From assembly GCA_963719035.1 (NCBI GenBank), contig CAVRAO010000012.1, forward strand, positions 160,001 to 224,000: a stretch of DNA of 64,000 bases. Reading direction: 5' to 3'. Positions 20,742 through 30,457 of this stretch are shown here, one piece after another; within the stretch, counting starts at the first letter, position 1, and every line of letters starts with the position of its first letter. The notes beneath the pieces were generated by a model. The model did not search any database and was not told the DNA's origin. It worked only from the letters and a program-made list of their open reading frames with translations. The position numbers and the translations under genes are program-made. The stretch comes from Methanobacteriota archaeon (GTDB lineage: Archaea > Halobacteriota > Bog-38 > Methanoflorentales > Methanoflorentaceae).

Positions 20742-21953
20742 ATGAAAACAAGATCCGATGAATATGACGTTATAGTAGTAGGGGCGGGCCCAGCAGGGTC
20801 TGTGGCTGCACAAAACGCAGCTGCCGACTGCGATGTCCTCTTAGTTGAGAAACGCCAGGAGATCGGCTCGCCTGTAAGGTGTGCAGAAGGCGTGCCCCTG
20901 ATAGAAACGCCATTCGTTTTTCACACGTCATTCGAAAAATATGTAAAACCTGACAAGAAGTGGGTCGCGAGCGAAGTGAGGGGAGTCTGCGCCAACGCCC
21001 CGGATGGAACAACAGTTGAAGTTTCGGGGGAGATGCTTGGCGTGGATGGGCCGCTTGGCTTTGTATTGGAGCGCAAGCTCTTCGATAGACAGCTTGCGAA
21101 AGACGCCGCTCGTGCTGGGGCGCAGGTTATGGTGCGCACCCGCGCAACGGGGCTCATTTTGGAGGATGGCGCAGTAAGGGGCGTTAAACTCAACCGCTTG
21201 GGGGAGGACTTTGAGGCTCGCGCTCAGGTGGTTATAGGTGCCGATGGCATTGAATCGCAGGTGGGTAGGTGGGGCGGCATAGACACGACGCTTAAGCTCA
21301 AGGACATTGAGAGCTGCGCTCAATATCATATGCAAAACGTCGAACTAAAGGAGAACACGCTCGAGTTCTACTTTGGCTCGAATGTGCCAGGCGGTTACGC
21401 TTGGGGTTTTCCCAAGGGAAACGGCGCAGGCAATATCGGACTTGGGGTGCTCGGAAGCAAGTTGAGTGGCAAGCGGCCGCTTGATTACCTCAACAACTTT
21501 GTCTCGCAGCACTTTCCAGATGGCAAACCAGTTGAACTCGTAGTGGGGGGCTGCCCGGTTAGCGATGCGCTTTCGACCATCGTAGCAGATGGACTCATGC
21601 TCATAGGTGATGCTGCACGGCACACTGAGCCGATCACCGGTGGAGGAATTATGGCGGCACTCCAAAGCGGGACGATCGCGGGGGTGGTCGCGAGTAAAGC
21701 CGTGCGCCAAAATGACGCCTCATCCAAAGTACTGCGTGAGTACGAAGATGAATGGCAATCCTCGTTTGGCAAAGAGCGTAAACTGATGTACAAAGCCAAA
21801 GAGTTCGTCGTATCTCTTTCCGATGACGAAATCAACAAGATCTTTCACGCATTTACAGGAATCGCAGCTGGAGAGTTGAACCTTAAAGGCGCTGTGAGAC
21901 GGTTGTTAGGATTGGATCCACGGCTTATGCTTAAAATGCGTCAACTGCTGTGA
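20742..21953 (+). CDS. digeranylgeranylglycerophospholipid reductase (GGR family)
   Basis: GAGPAG, PVRCAEG, GADG, PGGYAWGFPK, GDAA...GGGI. Confidence 0.9.
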   Translation: MKTRSDEYDVIVVGAGPAGSVAAQNAAADCDVLLVEKRQEIGSPVRCAEGVPLIETPFVFHTSFEKYVKPDKKWVASEVRGVCANAPDGTTVEVSGEMLGVDGPLGFVLERKLFDRQLAKDAARAGAQVMVRTRATGLILEDGAVRGVKLNRLGEDFEARAQVVIGADGIESQVGRWGGIDTTLKLKDIESCAQYHMQNVELKENTLEFYFGSNVPGGYAWGFPKGNGAGNIGLGVLGSKLSGKRPLDYLNNFVSQHFPDGKPVELVVGGCPVSDALSTIVADGLMLIGDAARHTEPITGGGIMAALQSGTIAGVVASKAVRQNDASSKVLREYEDEWQSSFGKERKLMYKAKEFVVSLSDDEINKIFHAFTGIAAGELNLKGAVRRLLGLDPRLMLKMRQLL

Positions 21954-21978
21954 CTGTTAGGGTCTCCAACAGTTTAGC

Positions 21979-22569
21979 TTAGAGTCTCTTTACCTCTTCT
22001 GTCTTAGGCTTACGTCGAAACAGGCGATCCCTCAATGATCGTTTCGGCGGTTCCTCATCGATCTCTGGCAGGGGTGCTTGCACTTCCTCAGCTTCTACCT
22101 CATCTTGGGTTGATTGCAAAGGTGAAGACACAGGCTGCGGTAGCAAGCGAGTAAGGGCTTCGCTTACGTCCGCGAGCCGGTCAATGACCTTGCTAGACTC
22201 ACTCCCATAGAATCCTGCAATGGTCTCATACCGTTTGATCTCATCCTCGCGCGCCAGTTTAAAGCTCTCGTACTGCGCTGTCAGCCTCTCTATCATATCC
22301 GTTTTCATGAAAAGGAGCTCTTCCTTATGATGCAGCTCCCTTTCCCGCTTTTCCAGTTCTGTTTCTAAGCGAATCACCGTGTCACGTGGCACCATTAGTG
22401 TTTCGAGGCGTTTGTCTGCAGTATGCCCATTGGCCCGTGTTGTGCCTAGATATGTGTCTAGTGCCGTAGTAACGATTTTACTCCGACTGCTATTTTCGGA
22501 CCGTGCCTGCTTATCAGCAGCGGCCAAGAGCTCGTCTGAAATGGCAATAGTAACCTTGTTTAATGGCAT
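21979..22569 (-). CDS. ribbon-helix-helix (CopG-like) protein with coiled coil
   Basis: N-terminal KVTIAISDELL...SRSKIVTTALDTYL; heptad region; C-terminal RSLRDRLFRRK. Confidence 0.75.
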   Translation of the reverse strand: MPLNKVTIAISDELLAAADKQARSENSSRSKIVTTALDTYLGTTRANGHTADKRLETLMVPRDTVIRLETELEKRERELHHKEELLFMKTDMIERLTAQYESFKLAREDEIKRYETIAGFYGSESSKVIDRLADVSEALTRLLPQPVSSPLQSTQDEVEAEEVQAPLPEIDEEPPKRSLRDRLFRRKPKTEEVKRL

Positions 22570-23070
22570 CTAACCCCTCACAATCACAATAAAAGGGCAT
22601 ACGCGTCGTTAGCTAATTAAGTCACACCATAGTATGACCGCTTCATACTTGAGTTTATTGTGGGTCAACGGAGTTTTCCACTAAATGATTCGCACTATTT
22701 CCGATGCAAATTCCAAAACTTATTTTTTAAAAAAAGCTATTTTAGTGGCCTAAACGCCAAAATAACGAAAAAAAAAGCTATTTGCTAAATCTAAATCGCT
22801 TGATTACCCTTTTGAACAAACGGGACGCTTAAATAGCGTCGTTGCTACCGCTCGCTGCTTCAAGCTAAAACGGCAGTCGAAATGGAGCTGGAAACTATTT
22901 ATAACGGTTTTAGTATCATCAGCGAAATGAAATTCTTTCTGTTGGGCCCAAGAAACGAGATTGAGTCGTAAATACGGCCAGAATGTGCTTTAATTGTCAA
23001 AATAAAAATCTTAGCGCAATCGAATACCCCTATTTCGAGTCCAGATTTCAAAAAGAAGGATAAAATAGAA

Positions 23071-23088
23071 ACGAAATCGTTAAATATT
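23071..23088 (+). promoter_or_regulatory. BRE/TATA of duplicated ncRNA copy 1
   Basis: cgaaatcgTTAAATAt, conserved at 48674-48689. Confidence 0.65.
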
Positions 23089-23111
23089 ATCAAAGTGAGG
23101 TTTATTGTGTC

Positions 23112-23190
23112 GATGCAGCGGGAGCCGGGCCGCGCCTAAAGGCCCTACCTCAAAACGCGCTCTTTTCGTTTGGCGGGCCCGTGCTCCACG
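23112..23190 (+). ncRNA. candidate small structured RNA, copy 1
   Basis: GGAGC-CGGGCC pairs with GGCCCG-U-GCUCC; no ORF; paralogue at 48721; T-rich downstream; ends approximate. Confidence 0.7.
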
Positions 23191-23269
23191 TTGGTCGTCG
23201 CATGTTTTCGATATTTTCTCTTCTTTCCTTTCGTTATACTTTTCGATTTGTTACAGTGAGTTCTATGTG

Positions 23270-23812
23270 CTAACGACGATTCCAAAATCGCGAAAAGGTG
23301 CTCTGCGATCGAGGTGATTCTTCAAAACTGTGCATAAAAAAAAGCTTAAAGTACGAGCCGTCTATTTTTTTTCTCATGATTACCTTGAACCCTAGCCTTT
23401 CATACATAGCTAGAGCTGCTTCATTGGTCTCCCACGTAGTGATGAGTGATGCGTCCATTCCATCTTGGAAGAGCTTTGACATCGCGAATTGTACCAATTT
23501 TATTCCAATACCGATTCGTCGAAACTCAGGGAGCACTGCGAGCGTTTCTATGAGACCGAGTTGTGGGCGTCTGTAGTTATAGATGACAGCTACGACGCCA
23601 ATGACTCTCTCGCCGTCCACTGCCTTGATCCAACCCCGCCGCCTATCGTTTAAGATCCGTGTTATTTTGACGCGCAAATTCTCACCGTCGGTAAGCGGCG
23701 GCACAAACTCGTTATTGACGACGTTGAGCAGGTTGAGGATGTCGTTAAAGTCGTTCCAGTTCGCTTCACAAATTGTGAACGTCTCGAGCGGTTCCAGCAA
23801 TCGCATTACCAT
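23270..23812 (-). CDS. GNAT family N-acetyltransferase
   Basis: LAVLPEFRRIGIG (motif A), NEAALAMYERLGF. Confidence 0.92.
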   Translation of the reverse strand: MVMRLLEPLETFTICEANWNDFNDILNLLNVVNNEFVPPLTDGENLRVKITRILNDRRRGWIKAVDGERVIGVVAVIYNYRRPQLGLIETLAVLPEFRRIGIGIKLVQFAMSKLFQDGMDASLITTWETNEAALAMYERLGFKVIMRKKIDGSYFKLFFMHSFEESPRSQSTFSRFWNRR

Positions 23813-23836
23813 CCATTATCGTTGTTATCGGTACTA

Positions 23837-24499
23837 CTAGCACAGGAGGAGGAGAGCATTCAACACGACTCGATCAGAGGCAGCCTCTTCAAAGGGTAAG
23901 CCGGCTTTGCGCGCCGTCTCGCCCACGTCGATTCCCATCGCTTCCATCGATGGTCTTGCCTTATACGGGTTGCGGCAGCGATTCCCGACACCAGCACATG
24001 TTTCACATAAAGTACATTTCCCGGCCGAAAACGCTGTGGCGTATTTGAAGCCCTTTTTAAACGCCGTAGCCTCGAGACGCTCGGCGATCGACTCGAGCGT
24101 GTTCTTAGCCACCAAATACGTCTTATCCCACCCTTTGAGGTATGTCTCATCATTGTAGAGAGCTGCAAGATCATCTGCCGCGTGGATTCGCGCGAGCATC
24201 CAGTCAGGCACGTCGTACCCAATCTGGATGAGCAGCGCCTTTTTAAATCGCGCGAGGACACTCCTAAACTCATCAAGGGGCATTACGGTAGGGGGGCACA
24301 TGAGGGAAACGCCGTAATTCCTACACACTGGTACACAGCATTTGAGTCGGACCCGTTCATCTACTACGACGTCCTTCGCGTCGAATACTCGAGCTGCAGT
24401 CGCGCCGAGTTCGCCAGCCGTTTTTAGAAACTCGCGAAATTGTGTATCGTTATCACAGATTGCATCCATCACTAACCGGTTAGCACATAGCGATCGCAA
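23837..24499 (-). CDS. DUF2284-like metal-binding protein
   Basis: RVRLKC...CPP, GKCTLCETC...CRNPYKARPSMEAMGIDV; start probably 24469. Confidence 0.88.
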   Translation of the reverse strand: MRSLCANRLVMDAICDNDTQFREFLKTAGELGATAARVFDAKDVVVDERVRLKCCVPVCRNYGVSLMCPPTVMPLDEFRSVLARFKKALLIQIGYDVPDWMLARIHAADDLAALYNDETYLKGWDKTYLVAKNTLESIAERLEATAFKKGFKYATAFSAGKCTLCETCAGVGNRCRNPYKARPSMEAMGIDVGETARKAGLPFEEAASDRVVLNALLLLC

Positions 24500-24712
24500 C
24501 TATAAGAAAGTTGTCCGGAATGAAACTCGAGTTCGTTGGCTCGCTTGCCCCCCCCTCTTGGTCTTTTTGCAGCCCAGAAAATGAACTGCAAGTGAATATG
24601 ACTTCAATGCCACCCCCGTTATGAGGCACGCACACGTCTTAAACTTTCAAGAGTAAGGAAGTTGCAGTTCGCTTTTTTACACTAATTGACGACCCGTGAA
24701 TCACATCGGTAG

Positions 24713-25846
24713 TTATACAAGTGTAAGTTCGACAGCTCGCGGGTTCTGTAACTCCTTCAGTTCTTTGACTAAGATGGCGTGAGCGTCCTGCAAGGCGTCT
24801 AAATCGGCAATGTGCGTTTTTTGTTGAACCTTCTCAAGGTGTTCCCGATTTACTAAGGTCGTGGCGCGTATCCTTTCATAGTCCCCGGAAGTCACGAGCT
24901 TCTGAATCTCCCTTAAGGAGGTAAGTAGGGTAGTCGCCGCGCCTAATTTCGACAAGAAGGCGATAATCCTAGGAATCTTGACGGCAAGTGACACGTCAGG
25001 CTCGTCGAGAGAGATTTTGAGAGCTTCACGTCGCTTGATATCAACAAGCAACTCAAGCCAGACGATGTTTGACTCCAAGACCTGCCTGAATCCCGTTGGA
25101 TCTCCAACGTAGTGCGAAAGCTTGCTATCTGAGTACTTGGCATATTCGATGAATCGGTAGAGGGGGAGCGAAGCGAATCCCTCGCTTACCACAAAAGATA
25201 GCAGCCCCTCAGCGTTTTTATAGCTCGGTGGCTGCGGGAAATTCAGTTCAGGGTGGTAGCTCGCATCAAGGCTTACCCTGAGGACGTCTGTGAGGGGGGC
25301 CTCTTTGAAGGACGTCTCCAAGAATGTGCCGACGCTGTCGTTATAAGCGGCAATTTTTTCTTTCAACGAGACAAGTTCATCAAGTGATGTGACATCAATT
25401 TTCTGCAAAGACTCATAGTACGCAGTCTTCTCTTGGATCTCCGCTTCTAGAGCTTCACAACGAGCGCGTACTTCGATATAGCTCTTCTTGTATTCGTCAA
25501 ACAGTGAACGCTGCTCTGTCAAAAGCCCTATAACAGTAATCCGGTCAAGCTCTTTCGTTGCTGTTTCAAACCTACGTTTCTTGAGAGCAGCGAGAGCTTT
25601 GTCAAATCGCTCCGTGTAGTCAAGTAAGTCGTCGTCGTGCGCTTTTCCGATGCGGCGAGCGACTCGTTCTAAGCGTTTGGTCAGGTCAAGATGCACTCGA
25701 AATGTATCAGAGGTATCCTCAAATTCTTTTATAAGCCTTCTTAGTTCTTGATTGAAACGTTCTACTAGTTCAAGTCGGTCGCGCCCAGCCTCACGTATTC
25801 GGTCATTGATCGCGCCGATTTCCACGAGAAGGTCAAGGGGTTCCAA
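24713..25846 (-). CDS. helical/coiled-coil hypothetical protein
   Basis: 377-aa ORF directly downstream of mptA; charged heptad pattern. Confidence 0.75.
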   Translation of the reverse strand: MEPLDLLVEIGAINDRIREAGRDRLELVERFNQELRRLIKEFEDTSDTFRVHLDLTKRLERVARRIGKAHDDDLLDYTERFDKALAALKKRRFETATKELDRITVIGLLTEQRSLFDEYKKSYIEVRARCEALEAEIQEKTAYYESLQKIDVTSLDELVSLKEKIAAYNDSVGTFLETSFKEAPLTDVLRVSLDASYHPELNFPQPPSYKNAEGLLSFVVSEGFASLPLYRFIEYAKYSDSKLSHYVGDPTGFRQVLESNIVWLELLVDIKRREALKISLDEPDVSLAVKIPRIIAFLSKLGAATTLLTSLREIQKLVTSGDYERIRATTLVNREHLEKVQQKTHIADLDALQDAHAILVKELKELQNPRAVELTLV

Positions 25847-25865
25847 TCAAAGTCCATCTGGCAGT

Positions 25866-26840
25866 TTAAGTCTCGCAAAATGCTTTGGCTTCAACTTCGT
25901 TTTCGAGTGCAAGCTCTTGGCGAAGCTCCTCGAGCGATGCCACACGTTCGGCAAAGGCGTTATGACGGTGAATGCTTTCTTCATTGAGCTGTTTTATAGT
26001 GATAATCGAGTCGTCAGGCAAGTAAGGAAATGCCTCGACTACTTTGTGGGCCATAACCCGAACACAGTCCTCGACGAACTTGGGGTTCTTGTGAGCAGTT
26101 TCAACGACGACAGCTTCGTCGGTTCGCTTGAGCAGTTCGTAAATCCTGGAGCTCATCGACTGTTCGACGATTTCGATAATCGTATCGAGTGGCACCTCGT
26201 AGCCCGTGCCGACCTCGATAGAGATTGTCCCCCGTCCTCGCTGGTTATGGGTTGCAAGCGGGATATCCCGCAGAAACGCTTCAATGTCAGCAGGGGGGAT
26301 GTTGAGCTCCCGTAAGCGCATCTCAACCAACTCTCGCACATGCTCTTGGGCGCAGGGACACGCGGTCATTCCAACGACCTCAGCCCCGATCATCCTTCGC
26401 GTCTTGTGTTGCTTGTCACCTGTGCGATACGTCGTTGTCTCGGCGAAGATGTTGGTAATCTCTTGGGTCGTGATACCAGTGCTTGGGGTCTCCCGTTTGA
26501 CCATATATTCGCTACGCATGCGAACTTCAGCGCGTGACGCGTACTCGTGTCGATCGAGCAGCTTCTCAGCGACGTCCCCGCAAAACTGCTCTATTTCGTA
26601 AACAGGGGCGTTCAGTGCTTCTTCCAACGCCTCGTCCATGACTTCAAAGTTCCTGCTTAAGTTGGCGCCTTTACGATCTGATGGCAGGTCGACGAATAAG
26701 TCGAACTCAGAGACTAAGATGATCGGGCGCTTATCACGTCGCGTAACCTTTATCAACTTCTTGACGTTAGTCACGCCGACTCGTGTAAGGTTTATAGAGA
26801 ATTCCGGTTTATTTGCCTGTACGTCAACTTGTGCGTCCAT
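25866..26840 (-). CDS. mptA: GTP cyclohydrolase IV (methanopterin/folate pathway)
   Basis: [43 protein letters not shown]. Confidence 0.94.
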   Translation of the reverse strand: MDAQVDVQANKPEFSINLTRVGVTNVKKLIKVTRRDKRPIILVSEFDLFVDLPSDRKGANLSRNFEVMDEALEEALNAPVYEIEQFCGDVAEKLLDRHEYASRAEVRMRSEYMVKRETPSTGITTQEITNIFAETTTYRTGDKQHKTRRMIGAEVVGMTACPCAQEHVRELVEMRLRELNIPPADIEAFLRDIPLATHNQRGRGTISIEVGTGYEVPLDTIIEIVEQSMSSRIYELLKRTDEAVVVETAHKNPKFVEDCVRVMAHKVVEAFPYLPDDSIITIKQLNEESIHRHNAFAERVASLEELRQELALENEVEAKAFCET

Positions 26841-26963
26841 TGTGCCCTCTGTTTCTTTTTACTACGAAATAATGCTTTTCATAAACCTTTAAATAGAGAC
26901 CGTCAATCAAACGGCGAACTGTCTTCACACGCGCGCACGGCGCTTCCTGTCTTTTTGCCGGAG

Positions 26964-28154
26964 CTATGAACCGGTTTTCGCAATCCCGAGCTTGATCATC
27001 GGTTTGATGAGCTTCAACAAACGAGGTGCTTTCGTGCTAAACAACAACTTGCGAAGGACGATAGAAGGATGATCCATGTCACCGTACCTCGAAATGATGT
27101 CCAACATCTGTTCATCGTCGAGGGCCCCGATAACGTAGTCTAGCTCTTCATCGCTGAGCTTGTTCAACCCATCGCGGATGCGTAACCCGGTCACGAGCTC
27201 GCGACCGACTTCAGACCGCCACTGCCTGTCGTACGCCATGAGAGTGCTCTTTGAAGTGTCGCTCTGCGTCACCGCTTGTCCGGCTACTGCACCTGCGATT
27301 TTTGCGCACAGCGTGCCAGTATAGACCCCTCCCCCGCTTGTCGGTTTGACTTGGCCTGCAGCATCTCCGACGATCAATATGCCGTCTGTGACCGTACACG
27401 CAGGCGGCCCGAGCGGTATGGCCCCCGCCGAAAACCGCACCATTGAGGCCGCAGAGCGCGGAGAAATGTGCCCTATAAGCGAATTAAGAAGCTCAATTGA
27501 TCGTTCGGACGAGCAGAGCCCGATCCTGACCGTGCCCCATCCTGTAGGGATCGCCCAAGCGAAGAAGCCAGGGGCTGCATGTTGTCCGACGTAAAGCTCA
27601 ACGAAATCCGAGTCGACGATGTCGGTATAAACTTCTGCTTGCGCGCACGTGAGCACCGATTGCACACGGTCTAATCCTGCGAGCCTCCCCACGGCGCTTT
27701 GTACACCATCGGCTCCGATGAGCACAGACGTCTCTATCTCAATCGGCTCTCCGTGGCTAATCGCTGTGACGAAAAGCTGAGTCCCTTTCCGTCGAAGACC
27801 GTTGAATCGCGTTTTGACAAGCGAGGCAACCCCTGATTTGAGAGCTTCTAACGCCAGTGCTCGATCGAGCTCTCCCCTGTCGACGACGTAGGCCATAGTT
27901 CGCTTGCCATCGACTCTCAAAACGCGGCCGCCCGGTGCGTGAATATGCGCGCCGCGGATTACATGCTTGCAGAGCGTTTCCGGCAACTCACACCCCTCGT
28001 ATGCTCGAGTGCTGATGAGGCCGGCGCACTGAACAGGCAGGCCGATAGTCGCGTGCTCTTCGATCATGAGCACGCGAGCGCCCGCTTTTGCGGCGTATTT
28101 TGCGGCCATTGAACCTGCAGGCCCTGCTCCGACGACAACGACATCGTACTCCAT
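26964..28154 (-). CDS. geranylgeranyl reductase family FAD oxidoreductase
   Basis: GAGPAG, PVQCAGL, PGFFAWAIP, GDAAGQVKPTSGGG. Confidence 0.9.
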   Translation of the reverse strand: MEYDVVVVGAGPAGSMAAKYAAKAGARVLMIEEHATIGLPVQCAGLISTRAYEGCELPETLCKHVIRGAHIHAPGGRVLRVDGKRTMAYVVDRGELDRALALEALKSGVASLVKTRFNGLRRKGTQLFVTAISHGEPIEIETSVLIGADGVQSAVGRLAGLDRVQSVLTCAQAEVYTDIVDSDFVELYVGQHAAPGFFAWAIPTGWGTVRIGLCSSERSIELLNSLIGHISPRSAASMVRFSAGAIPLGPPACTVTDGILIVGDAAGQVKPTSGGGVYTGTLCAKIAGAVAGQAVTQSDTSKSTLMAYDRQWRSEVGRELVTGLRIRDGLNKLSDEELDYVIGALDDEQMLDIISRYGDMDHPSIVLRKLLFSTKAPRLLKLIKPMIKLGIAKTGS

Positions 28155-28209
28155 GTTCGTAAGCGCTTACGAGTTTACTATTTATATACTAAACCAGTCT
28201 TAGGCTCTC

Positions 28210-28599
28210 GTGTCAGAGCTCACGGGTGAAGCCCCCGCGTGGAGGAAGGACGCATGGAGTGACAAGCAATGTCTTATTATTAGATCGGACTTGAAACTGA
28301 CGTCTGGAAAAGCGGCGGTTCAGCTCGCACACGCTGCGGTCGCTGCCTATGAGCGTTCAGACCGCATCACAAAGAGTCGGTGGTACAATGAGGGGCAAAA
28401 AAAAGTCGCGCTCAAGGTTCCGACGCTCAAGGAGTTGTATGAACTCAAGTCGATAGCAGAGGCGCGTGGTCTGGTCACGGCACTTGTTGTCGATGCCGGG
28501 CTTACTGAAGTACCGCCTGGAACCGTTACCGCTCTTGGCATAGGTCCTGAGAAAGAGGAAGAGCTCGATAAAGTAACGAGCGACCTTAAACTGCTGTAG
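28210..28599 (+). CDS. pth2: peptidyl-tRNA hydrolase Pth2
   Basis: GKAAVQLAHA, GQKKVALK, DAGLTEVPPGTVTALGIGP. Confidence 0.96.
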   Translation: MSELTGEAPAWRKDAWSDKQCLIIRSDLKLTSGKAAVQLAHAAVAAYERSDRITKSRWYNEGQKKVALKVPTLKELYELKSIAEARGLVTALVVDAGLTEVPPGTVTALGIGPEKEEELDKVTSDLKLL

Positions 28600-29906
28600 T
28601 GCCAACGACGATGACTCGTACGGAAACTGTGTCAGACATCGATTCTTTCGTGGGAATGTCCCTCTACTTGACAGTCTCGCGCGGTATCGGCGGACAGATT
28701 CGGCAGCGATCTGAGGACTTTGTAGTAAACGAGGTCTACAAAGAGCAGTACGCGTTGGACGGACGCTATCAACTAGTCAAAGTCACAAAGACCGATACAG
28801 AGACACATCACCTGGTCCGCGACCTATCGCGACGTTTGAGGATTAGCCAGAGGCGGGTTAGCTGGGCAGGAACGAAGGACAAGCGTGCCGTCACCGCGCA
28901 GCGCATGAGCCTTGATTCGATTTACCTTGAAGCACCGCTTAACCTAGGAAAAGCGATCGTTGAGCCCATTGGGAGATCCGATAGACCAATCTCGCTCGGG
29001 GACCTTGAGGGTAACGATTTCTCTATTACCATCAGAACGGTTGAAGGAGCCCAAAATAATATCGCACGTGCCGTTGTAAGCATTATCGACGAGATACGCG
29101 ACGCGCGTGGAGTTCCTAATTTCTTTGGGATTCAACGTTTTGGATCAATCCGCCCTGTAAATCACCTCGTAGGACGAGCACTCATCGAAGGCGACATTGA
29201 GCAGGCGGTCATGACGTACATCGGAAAGCCTTTTGCCGATGAACCTGAGGACGTCAAAGACGCCCGACAACGCATTTTAGACACCCATGATTTTAAGGAA
29301 GCGCTTCAGCGGATGCCCGTTCGGCTGCGCTATGAGCGCGCTATGCTGAATCACCTTGTAAAGCACCCCAATGACTTCGATGGCGCCCTAGGCGCCCTCT
29401 CAATGAACCTGCAGAAGCTTTTTGTCCACTCATTTCAGTCATATCTTTTTAACAAGATGATGAGCAACAGACTCGCGCGCGGGTTTCCGCTCACTATGGG
29501 ATTTGACGGTGATCGCGTATGGGCACCGGATAAAGGGCGCCTGAGAACGGTCGTGCCAAAAAACGTTGAAGAAGTAAACCAGAGCCTCGCAGCAGGACGT
29601 GCCTCCGTTCAAATGCCGGTTCCCGGGTATGAAACAGAGCTGTCAGACGGAGTCATCGGTCAGGTCGAGCAAGAGGTCCTTGTGTCAGAGGGGGTTGATC
29701 TAGATGCCTTTAAAATCGAAAGCTGTCCGCGACTGGCATCAAAGGGCGTTATGCGCAACATCGCATTACCTGTAGATATTGGGTTTACTGTGGCGCCTGA
29801 TGAGCTTACCAACGAGGAAGTGAGAGTTGCACTGCGCTTCTTCCTACCTAAAGGGGCCTATGCAACGTCAGTTCTACGCGAAATTATGAAAACGAGGTTG
29901 TTTTAG
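28599..29906 (+). CDS. truD: tRNA pseudouridine(13) synthase
   Basis: EDFVV, AGTKDKRAVT, GNDF, PNFFGIQRFG, FFLPKGAYAT. Confidence 0.95.
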   Translation: MPTTMTRTETVSDIDSFVGMSLYLTVSRGIGGQIRQRSEDFVVNEVYKEQYALDGRYQLVKVTKTDTETHHLVRDLSRRLRISQRRVSWAGTKDKRAVTAQRMSLDSIYLEAPLNLGKAIVEPIGRSDRPISLGDLEGNDFSITIRTVEGAQNNIARAVVSIIDEIRDARGVPNFFGIQRFGSIRPVNHLVGRALIEGDIEQAVMTYIGKPFADEPEDVKDARQRILDTHDFKEALQRMPVRLRYERAMLNHLVKHPNDFDGALGALSMNLQKLFVHSFQSYLFNKMMSNRLARGFPLTMGFDGDRVWAPDKGRLRTVVPKNVEEVNQSLAAGRASVQMPVPGYETELSDGVIGQVEQEVLVSEGVDLDAFKIESCPRLASKGVMRNIALPVDIGFTVAPDELTNEEVRVALRFFLPKGAYATSVLREIMKTRLF

Positions 29907-30457
29907 TGCGGGCACAACCACCCTTATTGGTTATGCTCGTATGTGCGATGGTCGTAGCGAGCACGCTACCCGGGTGCGTTACGAAACAAACCAGCACGCT
30001 AAACAATACGAGTACAATATCGACAACCGTGTCAGATCGCGCGGCCACGAAAAGCAGCGCGGACGATAACTCTTGGACAGCACCTACCCACTACTTGGTT
30101 ACGATTGGAAAAACGACGGTGTACGCTGAGGCAGCAAATACGCCTGCAGAGCTCGAAACGGGCCTCATGAATCGGACCTCTTTGAATGAAAATGCCGGAA
30201 TGCTGTTCGTCTTTCTAACTGAACAAAATCAGAGCTTTTGGATGAAAAACATGCGCATCTCACTCGATATCATTTTTATTACCACAGACAAGCACGTGCT
30301 TGATGTTTACCAATCTGTACCGCCGTGCATAACCGATCCATGCGTTTCGTATATGTCGCATGCGCCGATAAGGTATGCACTTGAAGTGAATGCGGGGTTT
30401 TCCGAGCAACATGGTATCGCAAGCGGTGACACCGTCTTTATAACTGCCTCGAGTTAG
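29906..30457 (+). CDS. DUF192 family lipoprotein
   Basis: LPGC lipobox; GLMNR, GMLFVF, FWMKNM..LDIIF, LEVNAG. Confidence 0.88.
   Translation: MRAQPPLLVMLVCAMVVASTLPGCVTKQTSTLNNTSTISTTVSDRAATKSSADDNSWTAPTHYLVTIGKTTVYAEAANTPAELETGLMNRTSLNENAGMLFVFLTEQNQSFWMKNMRISLDIIFITTDKHVLDVYQSVPPCITDPCVSYMSHAPIRYALEVNAGFSEQHGIASGDTVFITASS

Noticed and set aside
22680-23100. Replication origin (ORB-like TCCAG...AAAG in AT-rich DNA)
   Set aside because: No cdc6/orc1 nearby, poor ORB match, and the motif is part of the duplicated promoter
23119-23187. tRNA, SRP RNA, RNase P RNA, Y RNA or a known riboswitch
   Set aside because: No cloverleaf or TTCGA loop, lacks SRP, RNase P and Ro-binding consensus; no co-oriented downstream gene
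21979-23812. RHH-GNAT toxin-antitoxin pair
   Set aside because: GNAT lies upstream, 700 nt away and separated by the sRNA; the RHH protein is too long and the order does not match AtaRT-type operons
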